From Bacteroidia bacterium (GTDB lineage Bacteria > Bacteroidota > Bacteroidia > Bacteroidales > SM23-62), in assembly GCA_041480755.1 (NCBI GenBank), contig JBGPAO010000003.1:1-40771 (forward strand): 40,771 nt of DNA, read 5' to 3'. The position numbers and the translations under genes were made by a program. This document shows, piece after piece, positions 40,070 through 40,771 of this stretch. Each line of letters opens with the position of its first letter. Positions within the stretch are counted from its first letter, which is position 1. The notes beneath the pieces are model-generated. The model made no database searches. It saw only the letters and a program-made list of their open reading frames with translations, and was not told where the DNA came from.

Positions 40070-40153
40070 TTCTCGGTTCTGGAGCCCCTGACAGTCAGTC
40101 GGGGGTTGACACGTTCTCAGTTCGGTTCTATCCTGCAGGTCGACAGTCAGGAT
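40068..40153. repeat. Heptamer remnants (AGTTCTC/GGTTCT) interrupted by GC-rich hairpins
   Basis: GTTCTCAGTT at 40113-40122 is the exact reverse complement of AACTGAGAAC at 427/441/455; hairpin CCCCTGAC-agtca-GTCGGGGG at 40085-40105. Confidence 0.6.
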
Positions 40154-40223
40154 GATAGATTCTGATTTACAACAAGTTTATTTCGAATTTCGGCATTTCG
40201 TGTTTCGATTTCATTGGTAATAT

Positions 40224-40622
40224 CTGGATAAACCCTATCATATCATAAATTTCGTTCTGGCTGGAATAATTATGATGATTTTCATTTATTCCGGCTTTTT
40301 TTCTGCTGAAAAGGATAATCACCCCATACCCTCATTTTATGAAGAATTGTACGGAGATATTATCGTAAGCAGCGGCCTTTCAAGAAGTTTTTCAGAAATT
40401 GTCAGGGGAAGGTTCAAATCTGCAAGAGAATATAATCAATACGGCATATCGGTATTTATATTTTTTTTCGTTCAGTTTATTCTGCGGTTTGTAATTAGTT
40501 TCATCCTCCTTAAAAAATACATCACATCAGGGAGATTAGTATTTATTGACGCTATATTTTCAATTTGCCTTTTTCTATTTTGTTTCAGAGGTTTTATACT
40601 GGCATTCATTCATAATTTCTGA
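40224..40622 (+). CDS. DUF2752-like small membrane protein; start uncertain (CTG 40224 or ATG 40272)
   Basis: The frame is open back to TAA at 40218-40220 and adds LDKPYHIINFVLAGII, completing the first TM helix; GLSRSF..I.RG.F..A..YN motif. Confidence 0.6.
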   Translation: MDKPYHIINFVLAGIIMMIFIYSGFFSAEKDNHPIPSFYEELYGDIIVSSGLSRSFSEIVRGRFKSAREYNQYGISVFIFFFVQFILRFVISFILLKKYITSGRLVFIDAIFSICLFLFCFRGFILAFIHNF

Positions 40623-40771
40623 AAGTATCATAATTCAAAGTGGATCTGATATTATCGGATAGAATATCAAGCTATTAAAGATATGTTAAAAACTCTGTAG
40701 CAATACTAAAATGGTGTGGAATTTGATATAAATTGATACAGGGCGGCAAGGCTAAAAGGTTGAAAGGTTAG

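Overview
A 40.8-kb, AT-rich stretch of core chromosome from a Bacteroidota bacterium, probably Bacteroidales-like. This assignment is inferred from repeated TAnnTTTG -7 promoter boxes, signal peptides followed by Gln, the mutL-rhomboid-rhomboid-EEP and ribD/prmC/recX gene orders, and a long S16. It holds about 35 CDSs, mostly housekeeping: comM/yifB, mutL, pfk, yidD, dapD, tsaC, rimM, rpsP, dnaE, trxA, ribD, prmC, recX, prfB, fumC and both methylmalonyl-CoA mutase subunits. I found no rRNA, tRNA, CRISPR array, integrase or transposase. The ORF track misses a partial HigB-type toxin at the left edge and the 5' part of prfB, which uses a programmed +1 frameshift. The best candidate for an undescribed system is a two-gene unit: an exported TPR/Ig/caspase-like (C14) protease with an intact His-Cys dyad, 16 bp upstream of a beta-propeller/Y_Y_Y membrane sensor whose output is a PP2C (SpoIIE) phosphatase. 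The second is a set of intergenic 7-9-bp periodic repeat arrays. Some start right after stop codons, some are interrupted by GC-rich palindromes, and one pair is arranged as inverted octamer arrays. All family calls are from motif recognition by eye; no database search was run.
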